Made by a program: the position numbers and the translations under genes. Below, one piece after another: positions 49,150 through 63,335 of a DNA stretch of 64,000 bases (position 1 is the first letter of the stretch; each line of letters starts with the position of its first letter). The stretch is from Lingula anatina (lineage: Eukaryota; Animalia; Brachiopoda): assembly GCA_051362555.1 (NCBI GenBank), contig CM120640.1, forward strand, positions 11,036,001 through 11,100,000, given 5' to 3'. The notes beneath the pieces were generated by a model that saw only the letters and a list, made by a program, of their open reading frames with translations, was not told the DNA's origin and did no database searches.

Positions 49150-52100
49150 TCAGGTAATTCTTGCCCACTTGGCAAAGGAAACCACATCCTTAACAGGAAC
49201 ATTCCTTGTGTGTGCTTTAAGTCTCAGGTTTCTATCATCAGTTAAGAGGACAACTTCTCTGTAAAGACGCACTGGTGTATCTGAGGGAAGAAAATACACA
49301 TGTTCCAATATGAACAACATGGTAATATTTTGAACATAAAAAATTATTGGCTGCTTAATATTACTTCTCATGTTTGACCAAATGTTTGCAAAATACTACT
49401 AAATACAGCAATTATAACACCTCTTCACTGAATCAGAGTTCAGTCATGAAATCAAAAGAAAGAAAGGGCTTCTCCATTTTCTCCACTTGGTAAACTAAGA
49501 ATGCCTAATACTTTCAAAATTTGGTACATCAGACACAATTTATGTGTAAATATTTGAGAATAAAAAGTATTCACTGACAGATCAAGTAAATCTGGAGCTG
49601 TAACAATAGTCCGAATGTTTATTGGTCCGAATGTTCACTATAGACCCTTTGGACCAATGAACCCTTGATTTAAAAAAAAACGATGAAAATGTTAGCATTT
49701 TTAGGACCAAAGAACCCTGGTAAATCTACTTACTTCTCTCCCTGGGCATAAAATCTCTGGCTTTATCCTGGCAATAATGCAGACAACAAGAAAGAATAAG
49801 GTCATCATTGTTGCCCTGAAATGTAAAAAAAAGAAATTAAAATGGTTATACCTGCATTGGATAAGAATTTGCATTTTTAATTCAAACTTAATCTTATATA
49901 ATTTTGTTTTATCGTTGTGTATGCATGCGAGTGTGTTTAAGAAAATCTCAATAAAATTCTTATTCCAATTATACATTACTTGTTAACATTAGAAATACAC
50001 TATGCCAATTACAAGTTAACATTATGCCAAACCAGATAATCACAAAGGTATTGAAAATTATAAGTCAGTCTCATCTACAATTTTACAGAAATTGCAGTAT
50101 GTTAAACACTGTACCCTAAAAAATCAACTTACAATATGAGATGTCTCTTCACTACGATATGATATTGTTTCCATCACAGTTCCTTTGGAAGTGAGAGCTT
50201 TAAGATGTGAATTTCTGTTCTCAAACTCTTCCTCGAGGTAGGCTACAGCTCCCTTGGCACAGGACTCTAAAGAACCTGCATGGTCAACACTCTCAAATGC
50301 ACTGGATTTATCTCCTTTGGACAGGCCATCTAATTCATTCATTACTGAAAACATAACAGCCAGATTTAATAACTGACAGATCTTATCTCTGAAAATAAGA
50401 AATGTACCACAAGCTTCAGTTTTAAGGCCTGCAGTTTCTTCATTTTCAAATCCTATTATGTGCGCCCGCCAAGTATGATTGAAAATATGATGATGAGGAT
50501 GGCCCACATCTCTGGCACTCAGTTTCTGTAAAAATGGTGCTTTCTTCTTAAATTATTTAAAATAAATAACTATTGTAATTATAATTAATCACCTTATACA
50601 AAAAAAGTACGTTTTTCTAGGAGAAACAGATATATTTGCAAGGCTAATCTCTATAACATGTATCTGATGGAAGAACACAAATACCAGTAAAATTTAAGCT
50701 AGTCTAATAAAATTGTATAAATTAGCTCAGTTTCCGGTCACTGTTTTGCTTTGGGTCAGTAAATTTTTAGACTTTGTTTGCCTGAAAGGCCAGTAGGCTA
50801 AAACGTTTTTGGCTCACACCGTAATCAAACAAACAACTCACCAACTAAGGGCACAACTATGGTGTACTTCTTTCCTTCTAATATGGTCTTAATGGTCTTC
50901 AGATGATCAATAAAACAGTTGGTGTCTGGGATAAGGAAAAGAGGCCGCACCTCAAGTTCAATTGAACGACTTTCTTTCTCAAAAATAGCCTGAAAGCAGG
51001 GGAGAAAATTTGCATTATTAATTTATTGAATTCTTCAAATACAATCACATAATGGTAAAACCATAACATGTAAATTCAGGATCCAGAAAAACATATGATA
51101 TAACTCATAGTCACAAATATATTTCAACTCTACCTAAACAAAGCATAAGTAATTTTAACCTTTAAAATATATACATAGTAGTATTTTGTAGGTCACATAG
51201 GCCAGGATGTCTTAGGCCAATGAAACTATTGTAACATTTATCATAACATCATTAATGTTCAAACCTGAATGTTTTCTTCCTGCTTCTGCTGTTGTTCCAT
51301 TTTCTTTTTAAGTTCCGACTTCTTTTGTTTGAGCTGCTTCACATGCTCCTCATCATCACTGTAAACCTCTTCCTCCTCTTCACTCTCAACAATTACATCA
51401 TCATCCTTGATAAAAATAACAACAACCATTATGTATATATAAGTCCATTTATGAGTAGGAGGTGTCCCTGTGATTAAGCAACTAACAAGTCCTGTGGCCT
51501 GTTTGACTGATTAACTTTAGCCCGAATATTGTTATAGACTAATTTATAACTAATTTATCCCAAGATAAATAAGTATTAGATAAATAATAACTAATAAATA
51601 AGTAATACAGTTTACATTATTTAAGCATATTAATATAATATTATTTTAAAATAATTAATCAATCACAGACCATACCTCCGATAAATTTTCCTGTTCTTTA
51701 TCTTGTTTATTTTCACAAATGAGTTTCGGTGCCACAGACTTGTACTTCTTTGTCTGCACATCATACATCAACATGGGAGGCTCTATACCACAGAGATATT
51801 CACCAAACAGCTTCAGTTTCTCTATTCTACAGCAGTCCTTTGCAGATTCCTGGAATATCAAAACAATAGTGGACTCATAAAAAAAGCTTTCAAAAACTAT
51901 TTTGATACTCAATATATACAACAGATGAACAAATTTCTTTAAAACAGATAATGTGCTCAAACCCTAATACTTTCAATGAAAACATTATTTTGCAATAGCT
52001 AGGCAGAATGACAAACAATATATACAGATAGTGAAAATGTGATAATATCATGTAAATAATAACAGTACATGGAAATTCCATCTTAAATTTCAGCAGGGAA

Positions 52101-55100
52101 TGTCACAGTTACTTACCCTGTCTTCATCTTTGTGCACATATGCCCTGTCATCAGGGAGACTCAACAAAGGCACAAAACCAGCTAGCATCACATCCTCTTC
52201 CAAGATAACTGGTTCAAGCTCTGTAATAGATAAATTACAAATAAGTTACAAGAAATTACAATGTCCTAGTAAAAAATTAAATATTTCAGAATGACACAGG
52301 AAAATAAATACATAACTAGAGGATCAGAGAGGCGATACCGCCTCCGATATTGTACCACCAGCTGGAGTAAGCGCATTCGTATGCCCCCCCCCCCCCCAAA
52401 AAAAAGGGGACACCACCCCCAGTCTTGTGCTTGACAAGCTCTATAAAATACAATCAACAAGAGTTCTCAAAATATGCAAAAAAAAAAAAAATAATAAATA
52501 AATAAATAAATAAATAAAATAACTAAAAATGGTACAATCAAGCAGATTTTCAAATTGACTTGCATTTTCCTACCATTGATCACTCCTGTGATTCTCTAGA
52601 TAAAAGGCCTATTGGTTTCCCTTGAAATGTGTTGTCAGTGGTGCATATATGCTGACAAAAGAGAAAACCTAGGGGCAACAACGGGCACATCTCTGCTAGT
52701 TTGGAAGATATGAGGGGCAAGAAATATGCAAAGCTCAGTTCATGGTGAAAAAGTAGGTCAAAGGTCAATTTCAGTATCATAGTATATGAATTTCTATTCA
52801 AGTTCAATAGTAACCATGGGCATTTCTTTGCCAATTTTGCAGATTTAAAGGCCAGAAAACATGCAAAAAGCAGTTCATCATAAAAAAGTAGGTCAAAGAT
52901 GAATTTCAAGGTCACAGATTGCCAGTGTATTACTTCCTATTCAAGTTCAATAGTAACTATGGACCTATCTCTGCCAGTTTTGGAGATATAAAGGAAACCA
53001 AAATTTGCAAAGTTCAATTCATTATGAAAAGTAGGTCAAAGGTCAATTTTAAGATCATAGTAAATTGCCTGTAATGACTTTCTATTCAAATTCAATAGTA
53101 ACTATGGACCTATCTCTGCCAGTTTTGGAGATAAAGGGAATGAAAATTTCCAAAGTTCAGTTCATGGTGAAAAGTAGGTCAAAGGTCAATTACAGTGTCA
53201 GAGTTAATTGCCAGTATATGGCTTCCTATTCAAGTTCAATAGTAACTATGGATCTATCTCTGCCAGTTTTGGAGATAAAAGGGAACAAAATTTTGCAAAG
53301 TTCAATTCATGATGAAAAGTAGGTCAAAGGTCAATTTCAGTGTCAAAGTTAATTGCCAGTATATGACTTCCTATTCAAGTTCAATAGTAATTATGGACCT
53401 ATCTCTGCCAGTTTTGGAGATATAAGGGACTAAATGAAAAAAAATGAAAAAATTAATTAAAATAAAGAAAAGGTCTTTTTGGTTGAAATTCTTGAAATGG
53501 GAGGTGCTCAGAAGTTCCAGATGTTCAAATTTCATGAAATAATGTCATTTTTCACCAGAAATTGTCTGCCTTGCCAAGCCTTGTGTTTTATTTACCCGGG
53601 GTTCAAAATTTATTATACATTACCGTACTGCACATTTTGCCTTCACCACCACAATGTACTTTTAGGTACAGCATAACTCAAAAACCGTATGGAATACAAA
53701 AAAACAGAGACTACCTCCAGTGTTGGACTTTACATGCTCTACAAAATGCAAAAAAGAATGGGTCTCTAGCATTAAAGGTTCCTGAATTAGAGACAGTTTT
53801 CAGTTTCGGTAACTTATGGCCGCTACTCCTGTCAAAATGCACCGATTGACCCCAAATTCACGGAGATGAAAGATGACCCGAAGGGTAACACTTTCCAATA
53901 ATATTATTGGTTAGGTCTGTGTAGTTTCTGAATATCAGCGCAAATATTTTTTTTTTCATAAAAAAAAATTTGTTGTTTTGGAAAATTTTGGCCCATTTGA
54001 CCTTGAAATAAAGGTCAAAGGTCAAATCCAAGGGCATATTTGAAATCTTCCCATATGACTTTCGGTCAGCCATCTGTAGAAATTTTTCCCATAATTCCAT
54101 TGGTTTGGGAGATATTTAGCATTGAATTTTCAAAAATTTTGACAAAGGTGCGTTTCAATGAGCGTCACACCCAGGCCAATGCACCGACTGAGACAAAAAA
54201 ACCTGGGGGTTCAAGTTGAGATTATATGTGACCTAAATCCAAGAGATGAGGACACAGGTCCTTGCGGTCTAGGAGGAGAAGCGGTAACGGTGACTTGTAT
54301 CCCACGTCATCCTGCGGAGCCGCAGGAGCCGGCAGAGCTGTACGAGACGGGTCGGGACTAAAACCATGAGTACCGCCAGCTGGTGGTACTAAAAATGCAG
54401 CTTATTCTGACCCCATAAACAATCATAATTTAAAAACAGCATTTGTGTTTTTGACCATTCAATAACATATTGGTTACAAAGCAATGCTGATTCAAAGTTG
54501 TGTTTGTTTTTCTTACCTTCCATTTTCTCCCTGTATAAGCTGATATGGGAGATATCAAGATTATTGAGAATGTTACACAACTCTGCCAAGGACTGCCATA
54601 CATCTATCTCTGGACTGAAATGTATAATACAAATAATACATACTTAACACAATAAACATTTAACATAACATGCTTTATTTAAACAAAATTAATATTAGAT
54701 CATAAAGTTATTTCATACCAACAAAAATCTCTTTGAAAATTTCTTCACTTGTTCATTAGATTACTTTGGATCTTCCTTCTATTCCTTTTTCTCTTTTTAT
54801 CACTAGTGTAATTCTAGACATCAAAAAGTTGGGCTGAAATATTACATCTGGCTCATCTGTCAGGAATAATGTAGCAAGATCATTCAACAAGACTATCACA
54901 GTCTCTACCAGCAAACAACATCTCTTACCCCAGAGTTGGATCCTTCTGGTTTGGAGGAGGGTTCCACAAGGCAGAGTGACACACCATCCAGTCAGACCAC
55001 ACTTTAACACTGGGCAGCAAATGGTGCAAGTCTTCATTCATGAGATCTTCTGAGCTTGTGGACTCTGAAAGGTGATCCCTATACAGCTGGACACACCTCT

Positions 55101-58100
55101 CCAACAGCAGTCCAAACATGTCCAAGCCAAGCTGGATGGCTTGTTCCTGTAACAGCGACCTGCACTCATTTTCAACTGTTGTGGCTGTAAAGGAGAAAGT
55201 GAAGTTCAATGGATATTGGGCACTGTCTAAATACAATTTTGTAAGTAGTGGCACTTCTATAGAAATAAATTTCATAATCACCGCATTATTGAGATATCAC
55301 CTTCAATCTAGATACATTGTACTCATAAACTTTCCTACTGAGAAACTAACATAAGGATCACTGAGACATGTTAAACACACACACACGCATGCATGCACGC
55401 ACACACACACACACCATAAGCAGTTGATAAATACTCTCTCCTCTTACATTTGAGTGAAGTGCTGTCTACAGCAAACATGTTGATCACAATAAGCTGTAGA
55501 AGTCTGCTGTCTCCCACTGGTACAGGGCTGTGCTGCAATAACACCTCAAACTCCTGCAGCATTTGAGATGCTGCTTCTGGAAATGTCTCCATGCTAAAAA
55601 AAAAAGCAGAAATCTTCATTTAATGTTATTTCAAAATTCATTTTTAAATGGTTCCATCAACCAAGTGTATAAATCAGGACTACTTTAAGAAAACTGTTAT
55701 TTTCTACTCTATTTGGTTTCAGTTTGAGAAATTTCAGGCTAAATAATTTTTAACAGTTATCAGAATAGTTTACAGATTTTATAAAATCAATAATCAAAAT
55801 AATCAATCAACACAACTAAAACAAATGATCAAATAAATAACACCTACCCAATTTTAGTAAATAACTTTCCATGGCAAATTAAGAAACTCAGAGAGAATCG
55901 TTTGTTCAACTGAAAGAGAATGCGAAAATATTTTATCAACTCTGCCCATCGATTACAATTATTCTGTCTGAATGTATCGACACTTATGAAATAAACAGCA
56001 TATCATTTTACATATATACAGTGTTAGAAATTAAGGTTGGACCATCTGCCTGGGGTCGACAACTTTCAGAACGGGCCGAGAAGTTTTCCCACCCGTCAGA
56101 CATTCAGTCCAGCTACTTTTCAAGATGGCTGGACCTTAAGTCCAGCAACTAATTTTCCTAAGAGGCAAACACTGCATATATATTTAAGGTATTAAAAAAT
56201 GAAATATTTCTGTTTGAATAGATTTACATAAGATGATATGTTTTAATTCCAACATTTTAAATAACACACACTCAAATACAAATGCACAGGCACACATGCA
56301 TGCACAAACACAATCTAGCAAGCACATGCAAACTATTTGCTAACCTCAATGGCAGACAGCTGGTGAAGATTGTCAGCCTCATCATCTATCATGTCCTCAG
56401 AACTGGTCCCATCGGGTGCAATCCAGATCTCAACCCTGTGACCCTCCTCCTGATTATGCAGCCTCTCTCGCTGTCTCTTCCTCTGCAGCCTTTCCTTCTC
56501 TGCTTGCTTTTTCTTTTCAGTAACTTCTGCCTAGAATAGGAGAATGAATGGAGTCTTAGGACTGCAGCCCATTGCTGAATACCATGATGCTATGTCAACA
56601 AGAATACTTTCCTAAGCACATATTAATATTTGAAAGCAAGTGGACAGCTAGCCCATACTTTATGATGGAAAAAATCATTTACAGCATCATCATACAATCA
56701 CTGAATTAAGACTCAAAGAAAAGAGAATAAAGGGGCAGGCCACATAACAGTATGAGAAGTAAGCTAGACCGAAAGAAAATATGAGAGAAGGACAAAAGGC
56801 TGCATCCAGTTCAGAGCTTTTTTTAAATTTTCTGACCTGTGGAAGCTGATGGAATGACAGGGAGAAGACAGACAACAGAGTCCAAAATACAAGAAGCTGT
56901 AGTGAAATACATATTATCAAAATTTAACGTGTCTATACCTTTTTTCTTGCCTCATCAAAAAGAGACATGAGACTTTCTCTCGCAGTGAGGAAGGGATTGC
57001 TGGCTGCCAGGCTCCTCATGTAGTAGTATACCGCATCTAGTTTTCTTCTCTGAAGCAAGGGAAAAGAACACCATTGGCTTTGTTTACAGGAATCAAACTT
57101 CTTTTTGAACAGGCATAAAAATTTTGAAATGTTCTATTGAATGCAACTTATTCTAAATGTGCACGTTTTTTTCCTAAGTAAAAATAAACAATCTGTTTTT
57201 GTATACTTACTGTGTAAAGAGCCAAGATTGCTAATTGATTGTATGGCCTTCCATTTTTTGGCGCAAGATGTTGAGCTTTCATATACCAGCTGCAATGACA
57301 ACACAACGTGGATTCAACGAAATCAGATCATTAAAAAAAAAGAAAAGAAACAGAACAATATAATAGGAAAGAATATTTTGATGACAAATGCACCGCACTG
57401 CTGTGCAAACTCTATATGCTTCCATCACATTAAAAAGAGGAAAATTTTCTATACCTCCTGGTCCTTTCAAAGTTGTGAGCATCATTTGATTGCTCCTTGT
57501 ATCTCTATATATTTAATTAGCATTAAAAATAACAAAAGGACAGGGAGAAGAATAGTATATTTTAAAGCTTCCAGAACAAGCTTTTACATTATGACTTCCA
57601 GTTTTAATATTTTGATATTATGCATATATTATATTATGATATGATACATATTATTAAAGGGATATTTTGCTTTACCTCCTGGCCCTTCCAAAGTTATGAG
57701 CATCATTTGATTGCTCCTTGTATCTGTGTATGTCCCCAAGGAAAATCATGCACCTCTGTGCACTCAGTAAAGCCAGCTTAACATGACGAGACAAATTTTC
57801 AGGAGGAAGATGGCTACTGTCTAAGAAGATGGACAGATTGAAGTTGAATGTTGTCTGCAGCTTTTGCAAGAGGTCATTGTAAAAATTTAACCCCTGAAAA
57901 AGGAAAAAATACTTTCAACTTATTTCAGAGTCAAACTGAGGATTTAACTAAGTGCAATGTTGCTTTTTGAATTCTTGGATAAAATTATAACTGTTTTAAA
58001 TAAATTGATGTATAAAAATCTTTAAAACTCTAATTATTTTTAATGCTTTGAAACCAAAGTAAGAACAAATTGCATTGCAAATTTAAATCACTAGTACTAT

Positions 58101-61100
58101 AAGAGGCAATACCTCTTCCAAAACATCCATGAGATTCTGCTTTACTCTGCCATCCTGGTCTTCTTCTTGTAGCAGCTTTCTGAACATTTCTATAGCATGA
58201 TAATAGACAGCTTTCCACAAGTTCTGCTCAACATTGTGTCTATTAGATAGATCTGGGTCTAGCAGGATAACCTGCTCATATAATCTCTGCAGTTCACGTC
58301 TGAAACCAAGTAGAAGAGGCATAATAGCTTTTTTATTCGGAAAAAAATTGGTATTTTTTTCTGCTTATGTGAAGATGGCGCCCTACATTAAACTAAAGCA
58401 ATGATACAGTCCTATAAAAAATTTCACTTTCATTCACTTTGAAACAATCACATTAGCATCCACAAACAAAAAGAAAAACATTAAGATTTGGAAATGGTTG
58501 CATTTCAAATGCATCGAGATCAAGCCCTCACCTCATTTGGTTCATTCTCTCCACACCCTCAGCATTTAGTCTCCTAGACAGAATGTTTCCCAGCTGACCA
58601 TCCAGTGGTATGGCTTGACTCAGCATTTGTTCTGCAGCCATCCTGTTAGCTGACCTGGATCTACCAGACAGCATCATCTCTTGTTCATAACCACTAGAAT
58701 TTCAGTATCAACAAGATTACTATAAATTTGACACAAACAGGTTTATTTTTGTGAAAGAATATTTTTCATCGATTATAGCTGAAAAACACCAAACTAGCCA
58801 CCACATCTTGATGTATCCATATCGAACACCTTTTGATATGTATTACATAATAGTAATCTCAAGGTATTGTTATTGTCATACATATATATATATAATTAAG
58901 CAAAAGTTGTGATTGATTTCATAATTTCTTACACTATGCAATCAATTATGCAGCCACGTTCCATACTTCATACCTGTGATAATAGGGATCCCTTGAATAA
59001 GTATCATCATGATAAGTTCCACTGTCAAAATATGCCATAGGTGGGTATGGTGGGTATGGGAACCCCACCTCCCTGGGGTACCCTTCTGGGTACTGCACCT
59101 GTCTGATATCACCATAGCCTCCCCTGGGCGGCTCTGGGGAGTAGGGCTCATTGGGATCATGAAAGTGAAGCTGTGGCTGAGACTGCTCTATTACAATTGG
59201 CTTGTTAGGATTCTTAGGATCAAAAAGCTGTCTCTGCCCTCTGCCCCTCCCGCCACCTCGCCCTCTGTTGTGCATGTACCCTCGCTGCTGTGGATGTGGG
59301 TAGTTTGGCTCTGAAGCCTGTGGCTGACTGCCTGGGAAGGGAAGGTGGATAATGCCCCCACCCCTCGCAGTCCTTGCTGGGTTGGATTCATCTTCATCCC
59401 AAGAACTGGTTGAAGACTGGCTGTCCTGTCTAAGCCTTCCATGTCTGTTTTGATGTTGGTGCTGCGGGTGTGGCTGTCTCTGCCTAACAGGACTTCTTTT
59501 ATTTCTCTCAATTACCTTTACCTGAGGTTCATCATTGGTAAATGTGACATGCCCTCTGTGTTTGTTCTTTTTTGATTGCATTTCTTCATTCTCTTCATCC
59601 TCTGCTTCATCTACTAAAGAACCCCAGTCTTTTTGTGTCCGAGACCCCTCTACATTTTCATTATGCTTTTTCCCTTGCTTTTTCAACCTGTTATTAGATG
59701 CATCTGTTTTAAACTGACTTTCATCATTAGAGACTGTTTTCCTCCTGGCTCCATTATTGTTGGCAACATTTTCAGATTGTTCATGGTGATGAGAATGTTC
59801 CCTTCTATCAGGCTTATTTTTCTTCCTTTCTCTGTTATCTCTTTTGTGCTTCAAGTCCTCTTTCAGCTTTACCATTTCTCTCTCTGTCTGGGAATTACTC
59901 AGATACACTTCTGTATCATTATCCTCGACTGTGACCTTCATTCTCCCAATCTCTCTCTCTATTTCACTATCCCATTCCTTGCTGCTGGATAATGGATCTT
60001 CAAAACTGTCCCTGTCTACTGAACTAATATCACTGTTATTGCTTGTAGCCCTGGGTCTTCGTTTGTTTGCAGAATAGCGTCTATTTTTTGATGGTGATTC
60101 TGGTGAGGCCACGTTGGCAACTGTTATAGTGAGGTTAATCCCAGAAGTGTCCACCTTCCTTTCAACTGAAGCTTCTTCAGAGTCACTTCCAGATCTAAAA
60201 ACATTCTCATTGTCATCTTTTGATTTGTGTGGCTGGTGCAGTGTCTTTTTGTCAAAATTTTCTTTTCTTGATGGGTTTTTCTTAAAAGAAGAATTTTCAA
60301 ATACCAAAGTTTGAAAAGATTCTTTTGGTGATTGATTTTTGTCCATTGGGGTTTCTTCTAATCCGGTGGAGTTCGTTTGTTCATCCAAATTTTTCTCTCC
60401 TGCAATTAATTTTGGTTTGGGCACATATACTTGCAAAGGAGGTCTCTTTTGTTTTTTCTTGATATTTGAGACTGAGGTGGTGTCGTTTGATTCATTATGT
60501 GTACCTTCATCCCTTTTACCTGCCCTTGCTGAGTCACTGGTTGATCTTGACACACCATCTTGTGTTTTTGTGCCTCTGCTTTGTTTAGATGTAGAACTAT
60601 CAGAGTCTTTAGAAAAATAACCCTCTCTGTCTGAATAGCTTTGTCTGTCAGTCTGTTTATCAGTGTTTTTCTTAATCTCATGTTCAGATGCCTCTTTTTC
60701 ATGTTGCTTTATATTATCATTTCCAATTTTGGTATTATCTTCTTCTTGTTCCTTTTTCTGAAATCTCATGCGTGGTTGGTAAATTGCAATGTCTGGTCGT
60801 TTCTGTCTATTTCTTTGTTTTTTTCCTTGATCCTGGGTTGGCTCATCAAGTTCTGAAAGGATAAACTCACATTCTATGCATGTTTTACTGATTACTGTTT
60901 CCCCCCTTTTTCAATCATTTTAAACAAGACACAAGTTGGTTTACAGTATAACTACTAGTAATAACAAGTAGTACATGAGACCGTGTTGTCAGTACACAAA
61001 AAACATAGTATTAGAATTGCTGTAAATGAAAAACTGAATGTCAATGTCATTACACACAGCTGTTCTAGTAGAGTGCACCAGCGTATCACCAGCAAAACTG

Positions 61101-61514
61101 TCTCATTCAACTTTACCTGCCTGAATGTAAATACATGTTGTTGGTGTCAGTACACTGCACACATACTTTGAATTTTAATATATGCGTACAGAAAACTATA
61201 TCAGCTTTTTTTAATATGTTCCCATGTTATTTTAACAAAGAGCTGATTAATAGAATAACTCAAATTAAATTCGGTATCTGTTAACGCCTCGGCGTTGCCC
61301 CTAGACTTGGCTAAAAAACTCCGAATCTGGCCTAAGGTGGGCTGTATGGCAGCAATCTAAGGATGAAAATCACCATTTCTAAGCAATTGTGACATCATTA
61401 TTTTCAGTTCTTACCGTTTCCGTGGACCTTCGGATTTTTGGCATGCTGATTGCTTGCCAAATGTTCGAGTTCTTGATAGGAAATCCGAACAACTTTTTCT
61501 TTTGAAGCCATCAT
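49150..61514 (-). CDS. SMG6: SMG6/EST1A nonsense-mediated decay endonuclease
   Basis: Exon 1 MMASKEKVVRISYQEL (61514-61418). Large exon ~60852-58974 has two EJC-binding-like motifs, KRPDIAIYQP and KRPPLQVYVP. TPR/Est1 region: VEQNLWKAVYY, SAQRCMIFLGDIHRYKEQ, APKNGRPYNQLA, LDAVYYYMRSLAASNPF. PIN domain: LIPDTNCFIDHL, VMNELDGL, NNDDLILSCC, LLTDDRNLRLKA. TGA at 49152-49150. Confidence 0.96.
52314..54395 (-). mobile_element. Non-autonomous Helentron/Helitron-like (HINE/DINE-type) element carrying a satellite array, in a SMG6 intron
   Basis: Subterminal IR GTACCACCAGCTGG (52352) / CCAGCTGGTGGTAC (~54376). Palindrome GTACCGCCAGCTGGTGGTAC beside a T-run at one end; hairpin GAGGCGATACCGCCTC plus CTAGTT terminus at the other. 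No TSD. Confidence 0.7.
52690..53430. repeat. ~143-bp tandem satellite, about 5 copies
   Basis: GTAGGTCAAAG recurs at 52753, 52888, 53031, 53174 and 53319; each unit also has CTATTCAA(G/A)TTCAATAGTAA. Confidence 0.9.
56019..56174. mobile_element. 156-bp hAT-type MITE
   Basis: CAGTGTT...AACACTG termini with an 8-bp duplication CATATATA (56011-56018, 56175-56182). Confidence 0.75.
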
Positions 61515-61906
61515 TCGCTCTTTCCGGACTTCTTTTCAATGAGAGTCCTTATCCAGGATCCAAGAAAGGCAACAGTCGATTTCTTTTAACAAAAGATGAC
61601 AGCCATGACAGCTTTCAGAGGCATTGACAGTTCTTTAAAAAATGTGAAATAATTGTTTCAGTTTTTGTTACACTCCTGGGTTTTTAAATTCAAGACCTAT
61701 GATATAAAGATTTAAAAAAATTTATCCAGTTTTTATGTGAGCACTGCCTTTTTAATGTGTATTTTTTTTTGCATTACTAGTTTATTTTACACAATACCAA
61801 TTGAATGATTAAATTAATACTCTAATCATCATTCCAAGCAATAACCTATTTTGCAAAGGTAAAAGCATCCTTACTGACCACCTTCTCTTGGTAAATAAGA
61901 AAAACA

Positions 61907-62032
<126 letters not shown>

Positions 62033-63084
62033 AAATAGTGAATAAATAAAACCAGAATGCACTTCATTTTCAACCCCATTTTATTTACATAAAGAATCAA
62101 AACTGAAGGCTTTATATCTGAAGAAACCATATGAGAATACAAACTAGTATTGCACATTTACAGCATATTCTGTCCTATGTAACATCTGAATTTCAGACAT
62201 CCTAAAATGTTGTGTGGACTCATGTGACAAATATATTTTTCTAAGACTACGGTGATCAAAAGATTATAATTTAAGTACCCATTCACTATATTAATCAAAA
62301 CTTTCACGATTACTTTCTTAACACAATACTAATCTGCATGTGAAAATACCACAGTGACAACAATATATACTGCTAATTATATAAACACAGAACTTTTTTG
62401 TACAATTAACAACTTAATTAAGGCCTCTTTTAATCTTTTAAATTCATAAACAATATAAAATTCAATACATTTGCAATAATCAAAAAGCTAGGTGAAACAT
62501 TAAAGGTAGTACCAATAGTTACTTAATCCAATTTGAAAAATCACTTATTCCCATAATGCTCTATGGTTATACTGAAACTTCAAACCAAATAAAAGTGGTC
62601 TCAAACACAATAACCAAACAGATAAGGTAAAAGCAGTACCTCCTTTAAGAGACAAGTGGTACAAAAATGGAACTGTTTTCTTTTTTTTATGACGATTTTT
62701 TAAAAACTAATCAAACCTCAGTCAGAGGTAGAAAAAAGGTGTAATAAACCACACCCTTCATTGAAGGGGAAGGGGGGGGCGAGCAGAACACCCTTATGGG
62801 GTCAGATTTATTAGTAAAATTAATTGACCAGCACTGACATCAAATTAGCTTCAGTCGTGCCAATTTAAATCCAAAAATAGTAAAATTGTCATGTCAAATT
62901 TGCATGGCATTTCATGAACTGTAAGTTCTGACCAACATTGCAGTTCATACAAGTTTTATAGCTCGTTCATTTCACTTGCTTTTATATTGATATAATTGGA
63001 ATTCTAAAAACCACTAAACCGAAATGACACTTTTTAAGACATTTTGAAGAAAACAGATTTTGACAGCATTAGATCATTCAAACA

Positions 63085-63335
63085 GAGATGGAGATGGATA
63101 CATACTTAAAGGAAACCACAGAACGACAACTCCAAATTAGCCCTGACATGTCCTCAGAGGGACGAGAAAGAGAGGTTGGCCCCAAACAAAATGTAGGAGT
63201 GCTGAAGCTGAGCGAAAAGAATTTGGGTGGCAGACATGTAGTCAACCCCCACAGCAGCAAAAGATAGAGGAAAATGGTGGAGGATGCTGACAAGCCTTAA
63301 AAGCCAACCATGGCTTGAAGAGGATAAGTAAGTAA
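63085..63335 (+). mobile_element. 5'-truncated, decayed RTE-clade LINE 3' end
   Basis: Frameshifted RWRWI.H..RKPQNDNSKLALT..(P)EG...GPK...AAKDRGKWWRML resembles the RT C-terminus of RTE elements; ends in a (TAAG)n tail. Confidence 0.7.

Noticed and set aside
49600-49720. Short GTCCGAATGTT / GGACCAA repeats
   Set aside because: Probably a decayed MITE, but no definable termini or TSD.
52690-53430. Repeat array as a CRISPR-like locus
   Set aside because: Whole units are homologous with no unique spacers, there are no cas genes, and the context is a eukaryotic intron.
59009-60856. Plus-strand ORFs opposite the large SMG6 exon
   Set aside because: Antisense shadows of a long purine-rich coding exon.
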